Notes: generated by a model from the letters alone, not told the origin. A DNA stretch of 64,000 nt from Endomicrobiia bacterium (GCA_039630545.1 JBCNUU010000002.1:95994-159993); one strand, 5' to 3'; positions 29,555 to 39,813 are shown, numbered from the stretch's first letter. A program made the numbers and translations.

Positions 29555-29555
29555 T

Positions 29556-30428
29556 TTAATATACCACCTTGTTCAAAGGATATTCAATAATTCCTTGTGC
29601 TCCTGACTTTTTAAGAAGTGGTATAATTTTTTTTACTTCATGTTCTTTTATAATAACTTCCACAGCTACCCAGTTTGGATCTGAAAGTTGAGAAATTGTG
29701 GGATTTTTTAATGAAGGTAGAATTTTTTCTATTTTGTCTAAATTTTTCTTTTCTATATTCATTTTAAGTCCCACCATTCCCTCTGCTTCAAGAGCACCTT
29801 TAAGAAGAACTGCAATGTTTTCAATTTTTTCTTTTTTCCAGGTATCCTTTATTGATTTAAAGTTTGCTATAAATCGTGTTGTAGAGGTTAATACTTCATC
29901 AATAATTTTTAATTTATTAGCCCGTAATGATGAACCGGTTTCAGTAAGTTCAACTATAGCATCTACAAGTTCTGGAACTTTTATTTCAGTTGCACCCCAT
30001 GAAAATTCAACTTTTACTGGAATATTTTTTTTCTTAAAGTATTTTTTAACATAATTTACCAGTTCAGTAGCAATTCTTTTGTTTTTTAGTTGTTTTATTG
30101 AATTAATTTTTGAGTTTTCTGGAACAGCTACAACCCACTTTACAGGTCTAAAACCAGATTTTGCATATAAAAGTTCACATATTTGTTTTACTTTTGCGTT
30201 TGTTTCAACGATCCAGTCGTATCCAGTAATTCCACAATCAAAAGCTCCAGATTCTACATATTTTGGAATTTCTTGTGCTCTTACTAGAGTGATGTCTATT
30301 TCTTCATCATCGCAATAAGGTTTATATTGTCTTGGTTCAGCAAAAATTTTAAAACCAGCTTTTTTGAACAGTTCAAAAGTATTTTCTTGCAGAGACCCTT
30401 TAGGTAGTCCTAATTTTAGTTTTTTCAT
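29556..30428 (-). CDS. hisG: ATP phosphoribosyltransferase, long form
   Basis: LPKGSL, RAQEIP.YV, DCGITG.D, SWGATE, TGSSL.AN.L; C-terminal regulatory domain PTIS.L. Confidence 0.97.
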   Translation of the reverse strand: MKKLKLGLPKGSLQENTFELFKKAGFKIFAEPRQYKPYCDDEEIDITLVRAQEIPKYVESGAFDCGITGYDWIVETNAKVKQICELLYAKSGFRPVKWVVAVPENSKINSIKQLKNKRIATELVNYVKKYFKKKNIPVKVEFSWGATEIKVPELVDAIVELTETGSSLRANKLKIIDEVLTSTTRFIANFKSIKDTWKKEKIENIAVLLKGALEAEGMVGLKMNIEKKNLDKIEKILPSLKNPTISQLSDPNWVAVEVIIKEHEVKKIIPLLKKSGAQGIIEYPLNKVVY

Positions 30429-30533
30429 TTTGCCTCCTTTTTAAAATTTTTTGGTTTGATTTTTACCAAAAAAAAATTAAATTTTCAACAATATGTTGAG
30501 ATTTGATTAAATATTTTGTAAAAATTTAAAATT
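30429..30533. promoter_or_regulatory. Divergent hisG/gatA intergenic region with back-to-back -35-like hexamers and two short inverted repeats
   Basis: Minus strand TTGAAA-17 nt-TAAAAA; plus strand TTGAGA-17 nt-TAAAAA; inverted repeats TTTTTTGGT/ACCAAAAAA (30447-30473) and TCAACA/TGTTGA (30485-30499). Confidence 0.4.
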
Positions 30534-32003
30534 ATGAATTTTTATCAACTTACTTTAAAAGAACTTCAAGAAATAGTTAAAAATAAACAAGCTACAAAAA
30601 CCCAAATAATAGAATCTTTGTTTTGTAGAATTGAAGAAATAAATAAAGAACTAAATGCTTTTATTAGTGTTTTTAATGAATTTAAAAATAAAGACGACTT
30701 TTCTAATACAGAATCTTTGGAAGAATTTATTCCGATTGCTATAAAGGATAATATATGTATAAAAGGAACAAAAACAACTTGTGGTTCTAAAATTTTAGAA
30801 AATTATATAGCGCCTTATGATGCCTCTGTTATAGAATTTCTTAAGCAGAAAGGTGGAATTTTTGTGGGCAAAACAAACATGGATGAATTTGCTATGGGGT
30901 CTTCTACCGAGACCTCTTATTTTGGGCCTACCAAAAATCCTTATGATTTAGAAAGGATACCTGGTGGTTCATCAGGAGGATCTGCTGTAGCTGTTGCTTG
31001 TGGTGCTGTTCCTGTTGCATTAGGTTCTGATACAGGTGGTTCCATAAGACAGCCAGCGGCCTTGTGTGGAGTTGTAGGAATAAAACCGACATATGGGAGA
31101 GTTTCAAGATACGGCCTTGTAGCTTTTGCTTCTTCTTTGGATCAAATTGGAGTTTTTGCAAGAAATGTATATGATGCTGTTTTGGTGTTGGAAATAATTA
31201 GCAGATATGATCCTAAAGATTCCACCTGTGTGAATTATCCCCAACAAAACTACTGCGTGGAATTGCTAAAAGTGGATGAAAACTTCATTAAGAATTTAAA
31301 AATTGGAATACCAAAGGAATATTTTATAGAAGGAATTCAAACTGAAATTAAACAAAAAATACATGAGGTAATTAATTTTTTATCAAAAGAAGGTGCAGAA
31401 ATAAAGGAGATATCTTTGCCCCATACAGAGTATGCAGTTGCTGTATATTATATTTTAGCACCTGCAGAAGCTTCTTCTAACTTAGCAAGATATGATGGAG
31501 TAAAATACGGATTTAAATTTTTTGATTCTAAAATTTCTGAATATTCAGCGATGATAGACAGCTACAGGTTTACAAGAAACAGAGGTTTTAGTTCGGAAGT
31601 TAAAAGAAGAATAATGTTAGGAACTTACTCGTTATCTTCAGGGTATTATGATGCTTACTATGCAAAAGCGCAAAAAGTAAGAAGATTAATTTATGAAGAT
31701 TTCGTTAAAGCTTTTAAAGAAGTAGATTTAATAATTACACCTACCACACCTACCACAGCATTTAAACTGGGAGAAAAGCTCAATGATCCGCTTCAGATGT
31801 ATTTATCAGATATTTTTACTATACCATGTAATTTAGCAGGTCTTCCGGGGATGTCAATTCCTGTTGGATATGACAATAGTAATCTTCCTATTGGTTTGCA
31901 GATTCTAGCATCTCATTTTAGGGAAGATATTATGGTGAAATTAGCTTATTTTATTGAAAATAATTTTAAGTTTAACAAAATCACTAATAAGTATGTGATA
32001 TGA
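30534..32003 (+). CDS. gatA: Glu-tRNA(Gln) amidotransferase subunit A
   Basis: KDN, GKTNMDEFAMGSSTE, PGGSSGGS, GSDTGGSIRQPA, SNLARYDG, EVKRRIMLG. Confidence 0.97.
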   Translation: MNFYQLTLKELQEIVKNKQATKTQIIESLFCRIEEINKELNAFISVFNEFKNKDDFSNTESLEEFIPIAIKDNICIKGTKTTCGSKILENYIAPYDASVIEFLKQKGGIFVGKTNMDEFAMGSSTETSYFGPTKNPYDLERIPGGSSGGSAVAVACGAVPVALGSDTGGSIRQPAALCGVVGIKPTYGRVSRYGLVAFASSLDQIGVFARNVYDAVLVLEIISRYDPKDSTCVNYPQQNYCVELLKVDENFIKNLKIGIPKEYFIEGIQTEIKQKIHEVINFLSKEGAEIKEISLPHTEYAVAVYYILAPAEASSNLARYDGVKYGFKFFDSKISEYSAMIDSYRFTRNRGFSSEVKRRIMLGTYSLSSGYYDAYYAKAQKVRRLIYEDFVKAFKEVDLIITPTTPTTAFKLGEKLNDPLQMYLSDIFTIPCNLAGLPGMSIPVGYDNSNLPIGLQILASHFREDIMVKLAYFIENNFKFNKITNKYVI

Positions 32004-33016
32004 AAAATTTGTATTTTTACATAAAAAGTAAAAGTAATTTAGTTGCTCTTTCCTTTATTAATTTTATTTTGCTTTTGTTAGTAAGTATTTTTGTGTTGAG
32101 AATCAATTCTTATTATGAAAAATTTATTTTGGAAATAAATAAACTGGAAGAATTAAAAAAAGAATTAATGGAATATATAAAAACTTATAATCTTTCTGAT
32201 AACCAAAAAATTTCGTTATATATAAAAGATCTATCCACAGATTATACTATAAGAATTAATTCTGAAGAACTAATTCCGTCTGCTAGCTTAGTGAAAATTC
32301 CTATAATGGCTGCAGTTTATTATCTTACTGAAAAGGGGAAAATTTTTTTAGATAATGAATTAATTTATCAAAGAAAACACCTTTGCGGAGGCTCTGGAAT
32401 TATTAAGAATTATAAATTTGGTAAGAAATTTAAAATTAGAGAGTTGGTAGAACTTATGATTACTATTTCAGACAATATTGCTACACATATGTTGATTGAG
32501 TATATCGGGATAAAAAATCTTAATGAAATTTTTAAAGAGTTGGGTTTAAAAAATACCAATATCAGTAGATATGTAATGGATTTACGAGCTAGAGATAAAG
32601 GTATAGAAAATTATACTACTGCAGAAGATATTGGATTGTTGTTAGAAAAAATATACAAGAAAGAACTTGTTTCCAAAAATTCTTCAAATGAGATGTTATT
32701 GTTTTTAATGAAACAAAAGATATCTGACAGAATTCCTAAAAAACTTCCCCGTGAAGTTGCTGTAGCCCACAAGACAGGTCTTATGCGAAATGTATGTCAT
32801 GATGCAGGAATTGTCTACACAAGAAATGGTGATTTTATAATTTGTATTTTGACAAAAAATTTAGATTCAAATTTAGCCAAGGAAATTATAGCAGAAGTTG
32901 CTTATAAAACATACTCTCTTTACGATAATATGTTTGATAAATTTAAATCTTCAACATCTAACGACTATGCCACATCTACAAATAATGATTTTGGGGATGA
33001 TACAGGGGATAACTGA
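32000..33016 (+). CDS. Membrane-anchored serine hydrolase of the class A beta-lactamase-like (PBP-A/Beta-lactamase2) family
   Basis: SxxK (SLVK), SDN, HKTG, HDAGIV; N-terminal TM helix. Confidence 0.88.
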   Translation: MKNLYFYIKSKSNLVALSFINFILLLLVSIFVLRINSYYEKFILEINKLEELKKELMEYIKTYNLSDNQKISLYIKDLSTDYTIRINSEELIPSASLVKIPIMAAVYYLTEKGKIFLDNELIYQRKHLCGGSGIIKNYKFGKKFKIRELVELMITISDNIATHMLIEYIGIKNLNEIFKELGLKNTNISRYVMDLRARDKGIENYTTAEDIGLLLEKIYKKELVSKNSSNEMLLFLMKQKISDRIPKKLPREVAVAHKTGLMRNVCHDAGIVYTRNGDFIICILTKNLDSNLAKEIIAEVAYKTYSLYDNMFDKFKSSTSNDYATSTNNDFGDDTGDN

Positions 33017-33740
33017 GTTTTTACCTGTATCGAGTTCCGGTCATTTGGTACTTCTTCAAACAATTTTTGGTTTTAAAAATATGTTATTTTATGATGTGAT
33101 TTTACACTTTGCAACTATTTTGGCTGTTTTTGTTTTGTTTTTCAAAGAGATTCTTGAATATGTTAAAGATCTCAAGATATTTACAAAAATAATAATTTTG
33201 ACAATTCCTACGGGAATAATAGGTTTGTTTATAAAAAGATATTTTTACTTTGTATATGATAATGTTTTATTTACTGGTGTGTTTTTATTTGTTACAGGGA
33301 TATGGTTATTGATAGCAGAAAAAGTTTATTTAAGAAACATTCATAAAAAACTAAATATTAATCAGATGAGTTTTACTAAATCTATAATTATAGGAATTTT
33401 GCAAGGGGTGGCAGTTTTACCAGGAATATCTCGTTCAGCGGCTACTTTGGGAGGGATGTTGGTTTTTAATTTTTTAAAAGAACAATCTGTTAAGTTTATC
33501 TTTGTTGCTTCAATTCCTGCTGTAATAGGAGCTACTTTAATAGAGTTTATGGATTTAACTAAAGAAGAAATTATGCTTTTTAGACCAGTCTATATAATGG
33601 GAGCTTTTATAGCATTTGTTTTTGGATTGTTATCTTTAAAACTTCTGATTAAAGTTGTAAAAAAACAAAAATTAATGTACTTTAGCATCTATTGTTTTAT
33701 TATAAGTGTTATCTGTATATCCATTTATTTTTTAACATAG
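32967..33740 (+). CDS. uppP: Undecaprenyl-diphosphate phosphatase (BacA/UppP)
   Basis: QGITEFLPVSSSGHL, PGISRS; probable ATG at 32967. Confidence 0.95.
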   Translation: MPHLQIMILGMIQGITEFLPVSSSGHLVLLQTIFGFKNMLFYDVILHFATILAVFVLFFKEILEYVKDLKIFTKIIILTIPTGIIGLFIKRYFYFVYDNVLFTGVFLFVTGIWLLIAEKVYLRNIHKKLNINQMSFTKSIIIGILQGVAVLPGISRSAATLGGMLVFNFLKEQSVKFIFVASIPAVIGATLIEFMDLTKEEIMLFRPVYIMGAFIAFVFGLLSLKLLIKVVKKQKLMYFSIYCFIISVICISIYFLT

Positions 33741-33762
33741 AAAGAAGGGGATTAAGTAGAAA

Positions 33763-34398
33763 TTGAACTTATTAACAAAGATATTTATTCAGTATCCAAT
33801 ATTACTTTTTGCAATCACTCTACACGAGTATGCACATGGAAAAATAGCAGAGTATTTTGGTGATGATACTGCAAGGATTATGGGAAGATTAAGTCTAAAC
33901 CCTCTAGTTCATGTAGACTTAATAGGAACAGTGTTGTTACCTTTTTTAGCGATGCTTACTGGTATACCTTTTTTTGGTTGGGCAAAACCTGTACCTGTAA
34001 ATATGTTTATAATGAAAAGATTTCAAGTGATGTTGATAGGTCTGGCTGGTCCTTTATCTAATTTTTTATGTGCTGGAATTTTTAGTTTAATCTATCATCT
34101 TTTAAATATAGCAAATATACAGACATATCAAGGAAGTCTAATTTTTTTATACGCAGTAGCAATTAACATAACATTGGCAGTATTTAATTTGGTCCCTGTG
34201 CCTCCATTAGATGGAAGCAAAGTTTTAGTAAGTTTACTTCCTTATGAGTTGGCTAATTACTATGAAAATTTTTTAGGTAGGTATGGATTTTTTATAATAA
34301 TATTTCTTTTATATTCTGGTGGATTATGGTTTATTATTTCTCCAGTTGTAAATTTTCTAATTCAATTGTTTTTACCTAACTATTATATGGGATTATAA
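33763..34398 (+). CDS. Site-2 protease (M50) family membrane metalloprotease
   Basis: HEYAH, GWAKPVPVN, AGPLSN, FNLVPVPPLDG; typical upstream of trpS. Confidence 0.94.
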   Translation: MNLLTKIFIQYPILLFAITLHEYAHGKIAEYFGDDTARIMGRLSLNPLVHVDLIGTVLLPFLAMLTGIPFFGWAKPVPVNMFIMKRFQVMLIGLAGPLSNFLCAGIFSLIYHLLNIANIQTYQGSLIFLYAVAINITLAVFNLVPVPPLDGSKVLVSLLPYELANYYENFLGRYGFFIIIFLLYSGGLWFIISPVVNFLIQLFLPNYYMGL

Positions 34399-34405
34399 AT
34401 AAATT

Positions 34406-35380
34406 ATGAAAAAAACAATTTTATCAGGTATGAGACCTACAGGAAAGCTTCACATAGGGCATTATGCTGGTGTGTTGGCTAATTGGATAAAGCTACAGCA
34501 AGAATATGAATGTTTTTTTATGATAGCAGATCTTCACGCTTTAACTACTGAATATGAAAATACAAAAGAAATAAAACAAAACACATACGAGATAATTAAA
34601 GATTGGCTTTCCTGTGGGGTTGATCCTGAAAAATCAGTAATTTTTTGTCAATCAGATGTTCCTGAACATTCTGAACTACATTTAATTTTTTCGATGCTTA
34701 CACCGCTTGGGTGGCTTTATAGCTGTCCTACATATAAAGAACAATTAAAAGAACAATCTACTAAAGAATTAAAAACTTATGGATTTTTAGGTTATCCTGT
34801 GTTGCAAGCAGCAGATATTTTGTTATATAAAGCAAACTATGTTCCAGTTGGTAAAGATCAGATTCCCCATATAGAACTTACTCGTCAAATAGCAAGGAGA
34901 TTCAATAATTTTTATGGAGATTTTTTCCCTGAACCCCAAGAATTATTAACTGAGATACCCTATATCCCAGGTATAGATGGTAGAAAAATGTCAAAATCGT
35001 ATAATAACTGCATATATTTAACAGATGAAGACAAGCAGATAGAACAAAAAGTTTTGAAAATGTTTACAGATCCAAATAAAATAAGAAAAAATGATCCAGG
35101 TAATCCTCAAAATTGTGTTGTTTTAGCATTTCATAAAGTTTTTAATTCACAAAACGCTTCTCAAATAGAAAATTTATGCAAAGAAGGTAAAATTGGATGT
35201 GTTGAAGATAAAAAAAATTTAGCTAAAATTTTAAATGAAGTCCTACTACCTATAAGAGAAAAAAGAAAAAATTATTCACAAAAGAAAATAGAAGAAATAC
35301 TTTTAGAAGGTAAACAAAAAGCTCAAAAAGTTGCAAGTCAAACTATAAATGAAGTCAAAAAATTGATAGGATTAATATAA
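34406..35380 (+). CDS. trpS: Tryptophan--tRNA ligase
   Basis: SGMRPTG.LHIGH, YPVLQAADIL, VPVG.DQ, KMSKS. Confidence 0.98.
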   Translation: MKKTILSGMRPTGKLHIGHYAGVLANWIKLQQEYECFFMIADLHALTTEYENTKEIKQNTYEIIKDWLSCGVDPEKSVIFCQSDVPEHSELHLIFSMLTPLGWLYSCPTYKEQLKEQSTKELKTYGFLGYPVLQAADILLYKANYVPVGKDQIPHIELTRQIARRFNNFYGDFFPEPQELLTEIPYIPGIDGRKMSKSYNNCIYLTDEDKQIEQKVLKMFTDPNKIRKNDPGNPQNCVVLAFHKVFNSQNASQIENLCKEGKIGCVEDKKNLAKILNEVLLPIREKRKNYSQKKIEEILLEGKQKAQKVASQTINEVKKLIGLI

Positions 35381-35415
35381 GTTAAATTCTTTTTTAAACA
35401 AGGAATAAAATAATA

Positions 35416-36132
35416 ATGGAAAGTAGTTATGAGGTAAAGTTGGATATTTTTGAAGGCCCTTTAGATTTGCTTCTTTATCTTGTAAAAAAGAATAACTTTG
35501 ATATTTATAATATTCCAATTTCAGAGATAACTCACCAGTATTTAGAATATTTAGACTTAATGAAGGAGTTAAATTTAGAAATAGCAGGTGAATTTTTGGT
35601 GATGGCTGCTACTTTGATGGAAATAAAATCAAAGAGTTTGCTTCCAAAATCACAAGAAGAATTAGAAGACGAAATAGAAGAAATAAGAAAACAGTTAGTC
35701 GATAGACTTTTAGAATACCAAAAATACAAAAATGTAGCATTGAATTTTTTCCGGCCAAGAGAAGCGGTTGAGCGAAATGTGTTTTACAGAAAACTTCCTA
35801 TATTTACAGAAGATGACTATTATATTGAAGCTACAATTTTTGACTTACTTACAGCGTTAAATGAGGTTTTAAAACGTGTACCGAAAGAATATAAAGAGAT
35901 AGTTGTTGATGAAATTCGTGTAGAGGAGAAAATGCATCAGATATTAGAATATTTGAAAAATAAAAAATACGCACTTTTTGATGAACTAATGCAACTTGAA
36001 AAGACACGAAAAGGAATAATTGTTTTGTTTTTGGCTCTTTTAGAACTTATCCGTTTAAGACAGGTTTTTGCACGTCAGAAAGAATTTTTTGGAGAAATAA
36101 GAATATATCCATTAAATATAGATAACACATGA
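35416..36132 (+). CDS. scpA: Segregation and condensation protein A (kleisin)
   Basis: FEGPLDLLL.L, EFLVMAATL.EIKSK.LLP, FLALLEL. Confidence 0.96.
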   Translation: MESSYEVKLDIFEGPLDLLLYLVKKNNFDIYNIPISEITHQYLEYLDLMKELNLEIAGEFLVMAATLMEIKSKSLLPKSQEELEDEIEEIRKQLVDRLLEYQKYKNVALNFFRPREAVERNVFYRKLPIFTEDDYYIEATIFDLLTALNEVLKRVPKEYKEIVVDEIRVEEKMHQILEYLKNKKYALFDELMQLEKTRKGIIVLFLALLELIRLRQVFARQKEFFGEIRIYPLNIDNT

Positions 36133-37265
36133 ATTATTGGTTCTATCATTATCTGGATAGATATTTAGGAATACCTTTGATTTTTTCCCTTCTACTTGTC
36201 AATAAAATTAAAAAACTTTTCATTGAACAAAATGTTCAAATAAAAAAAATTTTAGCTATAAAACTTACAATGATGGGTGACACAATACTTTTGTATCCTG
36301 CAATAAAAGCCTTAAAAGAAAAATTTTCTTACTCAGAACTTACAGTTTTATGTTCAAAAGTAAACCTTGAGATTGTAAAGATGTGGGATTTTGTTGACGA
36401 AATAATAGTATTTGAATTTGATAAATTTTACAAAAAACCATGGAGCTTGTTGTTACAGATTTTTAAGCTTTATAGAAAAAATTTTGATTTAGCAATAGAT
36501 TTTGAGCAATGGTTTAGAATAACTTCTATTATAGCTTTCATTTCTTCAAAATATAAAATAGGTTTTAAAACGCCAAAACAATATAGACACTATTTATTTG
36601 ACATAAAAGTGTCGCATATTAAAAACAAACACGAAGTAGAAAGTTTTTGTGATGTTGTTAAAACTCTGGGTGTAGATGTAGAGGACAAAAGATTATTTTT
36701 AAAAATAAATGAGAATATAAGAGAAAAAATAAAAAATTTACTTAAAAATTATGATATAGAAGAAAAAAAGTTTGTTATTATACATCCAGGTTGTGGAATA
36801 CATGGTTTTTATCGGCAGTGGGATATAGATAGATATGCAAAGATAGCAGAATATATTGCTACTAAATATGGTTGTAAAATTGTGATTACTGGTAATAAAG
36901 ATGACATAGTTCAATCTGTATTATTTAAAAAATTCTATAAATTAAATAATTACTTAGATATGATAGGAAAAACTAATTTAGAAGAACTTATAGCTTTGGT
37001 TTCAATGGCTAAATTTTTAATCTGTGGTAATACCGGTGTTCTTCATATAGCAGCAGCACTAAACACTCCAACTATTGCTATTCATGGACCCACAGATCCA
37101 GACAAATGGGGACCATGGGGTGAGGGACACGTAGTTGTAAAAAGTGATTTAGACTGTGTACCTTGCTCATACCTGGGATTTGAGTATAAGTGTAAGGATA
37201 GAAAATGTTTAAAAGCTATTCAACATGAAGAAATAAAATTATTTGTGGATGAATTTTTTAAATAA
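36129..37265 (+). CDS. Glycosyltransferase family 9 (LPS heptosyltransferase-like)
   Basis: MGD..L..P, IHPG, NTGVLHIAAAL..PTIAIHGPT, C-terminal C.PC...C. Confidence 0.9.
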   Translation: MNYWFYHYLDRYLGIPLIFSLLLVNKIKKLFIEQNVQIKKILAIKLTMMGDTILLYPAIKALKEKFSYSELTVLCSKVNLEIVKMWDFVDEIIVFEFDKFYKKPWSLLLQIFKLYRKNFDLAIDFEQWFRITSIIAFISSKYKIGFKTPKQYRHYLFDIKVSHIKNKHEVESFCDVVKTLGVDVEDKRLFLKINENIREKIKNLLKNYDIEEKKFVIIHPGCGIHGFYRQWDIDRYAKIAEYIATKYGCKIVITGNKDDIVQSVLFKKFYKLNNYLDMIGKTNLEELIALVSMAKFLICGNTGVLHIAAALNTPTIAIHGPTDPDKWGPWGEGHVVVKSDLDCVPCSYLGFEYKCKDRKCLKAIQHEEIKLFVDEFFK

Positions 37266-37288
37266 GTTTTTATTTATTTTTGAATTTT

Positions 37289-38701
37289 ATGAAAATTTTA
37301 TTTATTTTCCCACCGAAAAAAAATTGGGCTTTAAGAGAAATAAAATTACACAAAAAAATAGATGAAGAAGCAGGTTTTTATCCGCCGTTAGGTATCCTGT
37401 ATGTGGCAAGTTATTTACAGAAATTTAATCTATCCTATGAAATTAAGATAATAGATGCTCCTTTAGAAAAATTTGATTTTAAAGAAATAAAAAGTTTTAT
37501 AGAAAAATTTCAACCGGATGTTGTTGGAATATATTTCTGTACAGAATACCTTTTGGATTCATTACAAACAGCAAAAATAGTCAAAGAAGTAAACAAAAAT
37601 ATAATAACTGTAGCAGGAGGACCTCATCTTCATATTTATCCTTTTCAGACAATAAATAACCCATATATAGATTTTGGAATTTATGGAGAAGGTGAGATAT
37701 GCTTTAGTGTATTAATAGACAGTTTATTTCACAATAAGGATCCGCATAAGATAGATGGGGTGATTTCTAAAAAAAACATTAATAAAGAACACAAATTACA
37801 ATTTATTGGACACCTTGATGAACTTGCAATACCTAACAGGAGACTTTTAGATTATAAAAAGTATAGAAGTTTTATAACTTATAAAAATCCTATCACTACA
37901 ATGATAACATCTCGAGGTTGTGCTTATAACTGCTATTATTGCAATAGTATAGAAAGAGCTAAAAAGGTTAGATTTCACTCTCCAGAATATGTGGTAAAAG
38001 AAATAGAAGATATTGTTAGTTTAGGGATAAGAGATATTATATTTTTTGATGAAAATTTTACTTTTAATATAGAAAGAGTTGAAGCTATATGTGATTTATT
38101 AATTCAAAAGAAAATAAAAGTAAGATGGCATTGTAGAAGTCGAGCTGATATGAAGTTAGATAAAAGAATTCTTAAAAAAATGAAAGACGCAGGCTGTAGA
38201 TTAATACAGTTTGGTATAGAAACAGCAACCCCAAGATTACAAAAAATTATAAATAAACATCTTGATTTAGAAAAAGTTAAGCGAATAATTAAGCTATGTA
38301 AAGATGTTGGAATTTTAACCTATGGTAATTTTATGTTAGGTTTACCTACTCAAACTGAGCAAGAAATGTTACAGACAATAAAGTTTGCTATAGAGTTAGA
38401 TTTAGACTATGCTCCTTTTGGAGTTTTTAATCCTTTACCTCAAAGTGTTTTTTATGAACAAGCTCTTAAGGAAGGAATAATAATAAAAGATTATTGGTAT
38501 GATTATGTTATTCATCCTGAAAAGCCAGTTGCGGACTACTGGTGGCCACTGCACGATAAAAAGATGTTGGCTAAATTGAATCTTTTATCTTTTAGAAAAT
38601 TTTATTTTAGACCTCTTTATATCTTGAAAGCAATTTTTAGAAAACAATCATTTCAACAAAAATTATGGCAAATTAAATCAGCAATAAAATTATTTATTTA
38701 A
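37289..38701 (+). CDS. Cobalamin-binding (class B-type) radical SAM protein
   Basis: PPLGILYVASYL, AGGPH, GEGE, TSRGCAYNCYYC, DENFT, G.E, FMLGLP. Confidence 0.92.
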   Translation: MKILFIFPPKKNWALREIKLHKKIDEEAGFYPPLGILYVASYLQKFNLSYEIKIIDAPLEKFDFKEIKSFIEKFQPDVVGIYFCTEYLLDSLQTAKIVKEVNKNIITVAGGPHLHIYPFQTINNPYIDFGIYGEGEICFSVLIDSLFHNKDPHKIDGVISKKNINKEHKLQFIGHLDELAIPNRRLLDYKKYRSFITYKNPITTMITSRGCAYNCYYCNSIERAKKVRFHSPEYVVKEIEDIVSLGIRDIIFFDENFTFNIERVEAICDLLIQKKIKVRWHCRSRADMKLDKRILKKMKDAGCRLIQFGIETATPRLQKIINKHLDLEKVKRIIKLCKDVGILTYGNFMLGLPTQTEQEMLQTIKFAIELDLDYAPFGVFNPLPQSVFYEQALKEGIIIKDYWYDYVIHPEKPVADYWWPLHDKKMLAKLNLLSFRKFYFRPLYILKAIFRKQSFQQKLWQIKSAIKLFI

Positions 38702-38703
38702 CA

Positions 38704-39813
38704 ATGAACATATTTATAGATGTTAGACTTTGTTCTTATAATTATCAAGGTGTAAAAACTTATATAGAAGGTATTCTTCCGTATTTGCTTAAAACAGATC
38801 ATATTTTTTATCTTGCCGGATTTAGAGATTTTTTAGAAAAGTATAAAGGTTATAAAAATATAAAAACAATTTTCTTTGAAGCTCCTATTAATTCAATAAA
38901 AGAGCATATCTTAGCGTTAAATATAATAAGGAAAATAAATAATATAGTGGATGTTTGTTTTTTCCCTTATCCTTCAGTTCCTTTACCGTTTATTTTCAAA
39001 AAATTTGTAGTAAAGTTTCATGATATAAATCCTTACAGGTTTTGGTATTTTTTTAATCCTTATATGGTGATTGCAGGGTATTTATTTACAAATTTAATTT
39101 CTTTGTTTTCAAAAAAAATAGTGGTTGTTTCTTTTAGCAGTAAAAATGACTTTCAAAGATATTTCTTAATAAATGATAAAAAACTAAAAGTTATTTATGA
39201 TGGTATTTCAGAAAGTTATAAAGTCTTAGATTTAGAAGAAATTGAGAAGTTTAAAAAAGAAAAGAAATTAGGTGATTATGTTCTTTTTGTAGGCAATCGT
39301 GAATGGACCAAAAATCTATTTAGGCTATTAGAAGCCATAAAGATTCTAAAAAGAGATGGGATAAATTTAGATGTTGTAATAATAGGAAGAAAGTTTGAAA
39401 AATATAAAAAAATAGATCAAGAAATTTTATTAAAATATAAAGATTTTGTTAGATTGTTGTATGATATTCCAGAGGAGGAAAAGATAAAATACTACAACGC
39501 ATGCAAATTTTATATCCAACCATCTTTAAATGAAGGTTTTGGATTAACAGTTTTAGAAGCGATGAGATGTGGGTGTGTGTGTATAGTTTCAAACATAAAA
39601 GTATTTAAAGAAATATTTAAAGATGCATGCTTTTATTTTGATCCTTATTCAGTAAAAGACATTGCTTGTAGTATAAAAACGGTTTTTAAAAATCGTACAT
39701 TGCAGGAAGAATTTAGAAAAAAAAGTTTGGAGATCTCAAAAAAATATGCATGGAGTATAACAGCCACACAGCTGCTAAGAACTTTAGAAAAAGTAGGATC
39801 TACCGGAGGATAA
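38704..39813 (+). CDS. Glycosyltransferase family 4 (GT-B)
   Basis: HD, PSLNEGFGLTVLEAM (E-x7-E). Confidence 0.92.
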   Translation: MNIFIDVRLCSYNYQGVKTYIEGILPYLLKTDHIFYLAGFRDFLEKYKGYKNIKTIFFEAPINSIKEHILALNIIRKINNIVDVCFFPYPSVPLPFIFKKFVVKFHDINPYRFWYFFNPYMVIAGYLFTNLISLFSKKIVVVSFSSKNDFQRYFLINDKKLKVIYDGISESYKVLDLEEIEKFKKEKKLGDYVLFVGNREWTKNLFRLLEAIKILKRDGINLDVVIIGRKFEKYKKIDQEILLKYKDFVRLLYDIPEEEKIKYYNACKFYIQPSLNEGFGLTVLEAMRCGCVCIVSNIKVFKEIFKDACFYFDPYSVKDIACSIKTVFKNRTLQEEFRKKSLEISKKYAWSITATQLLRTLEKVGSTGG

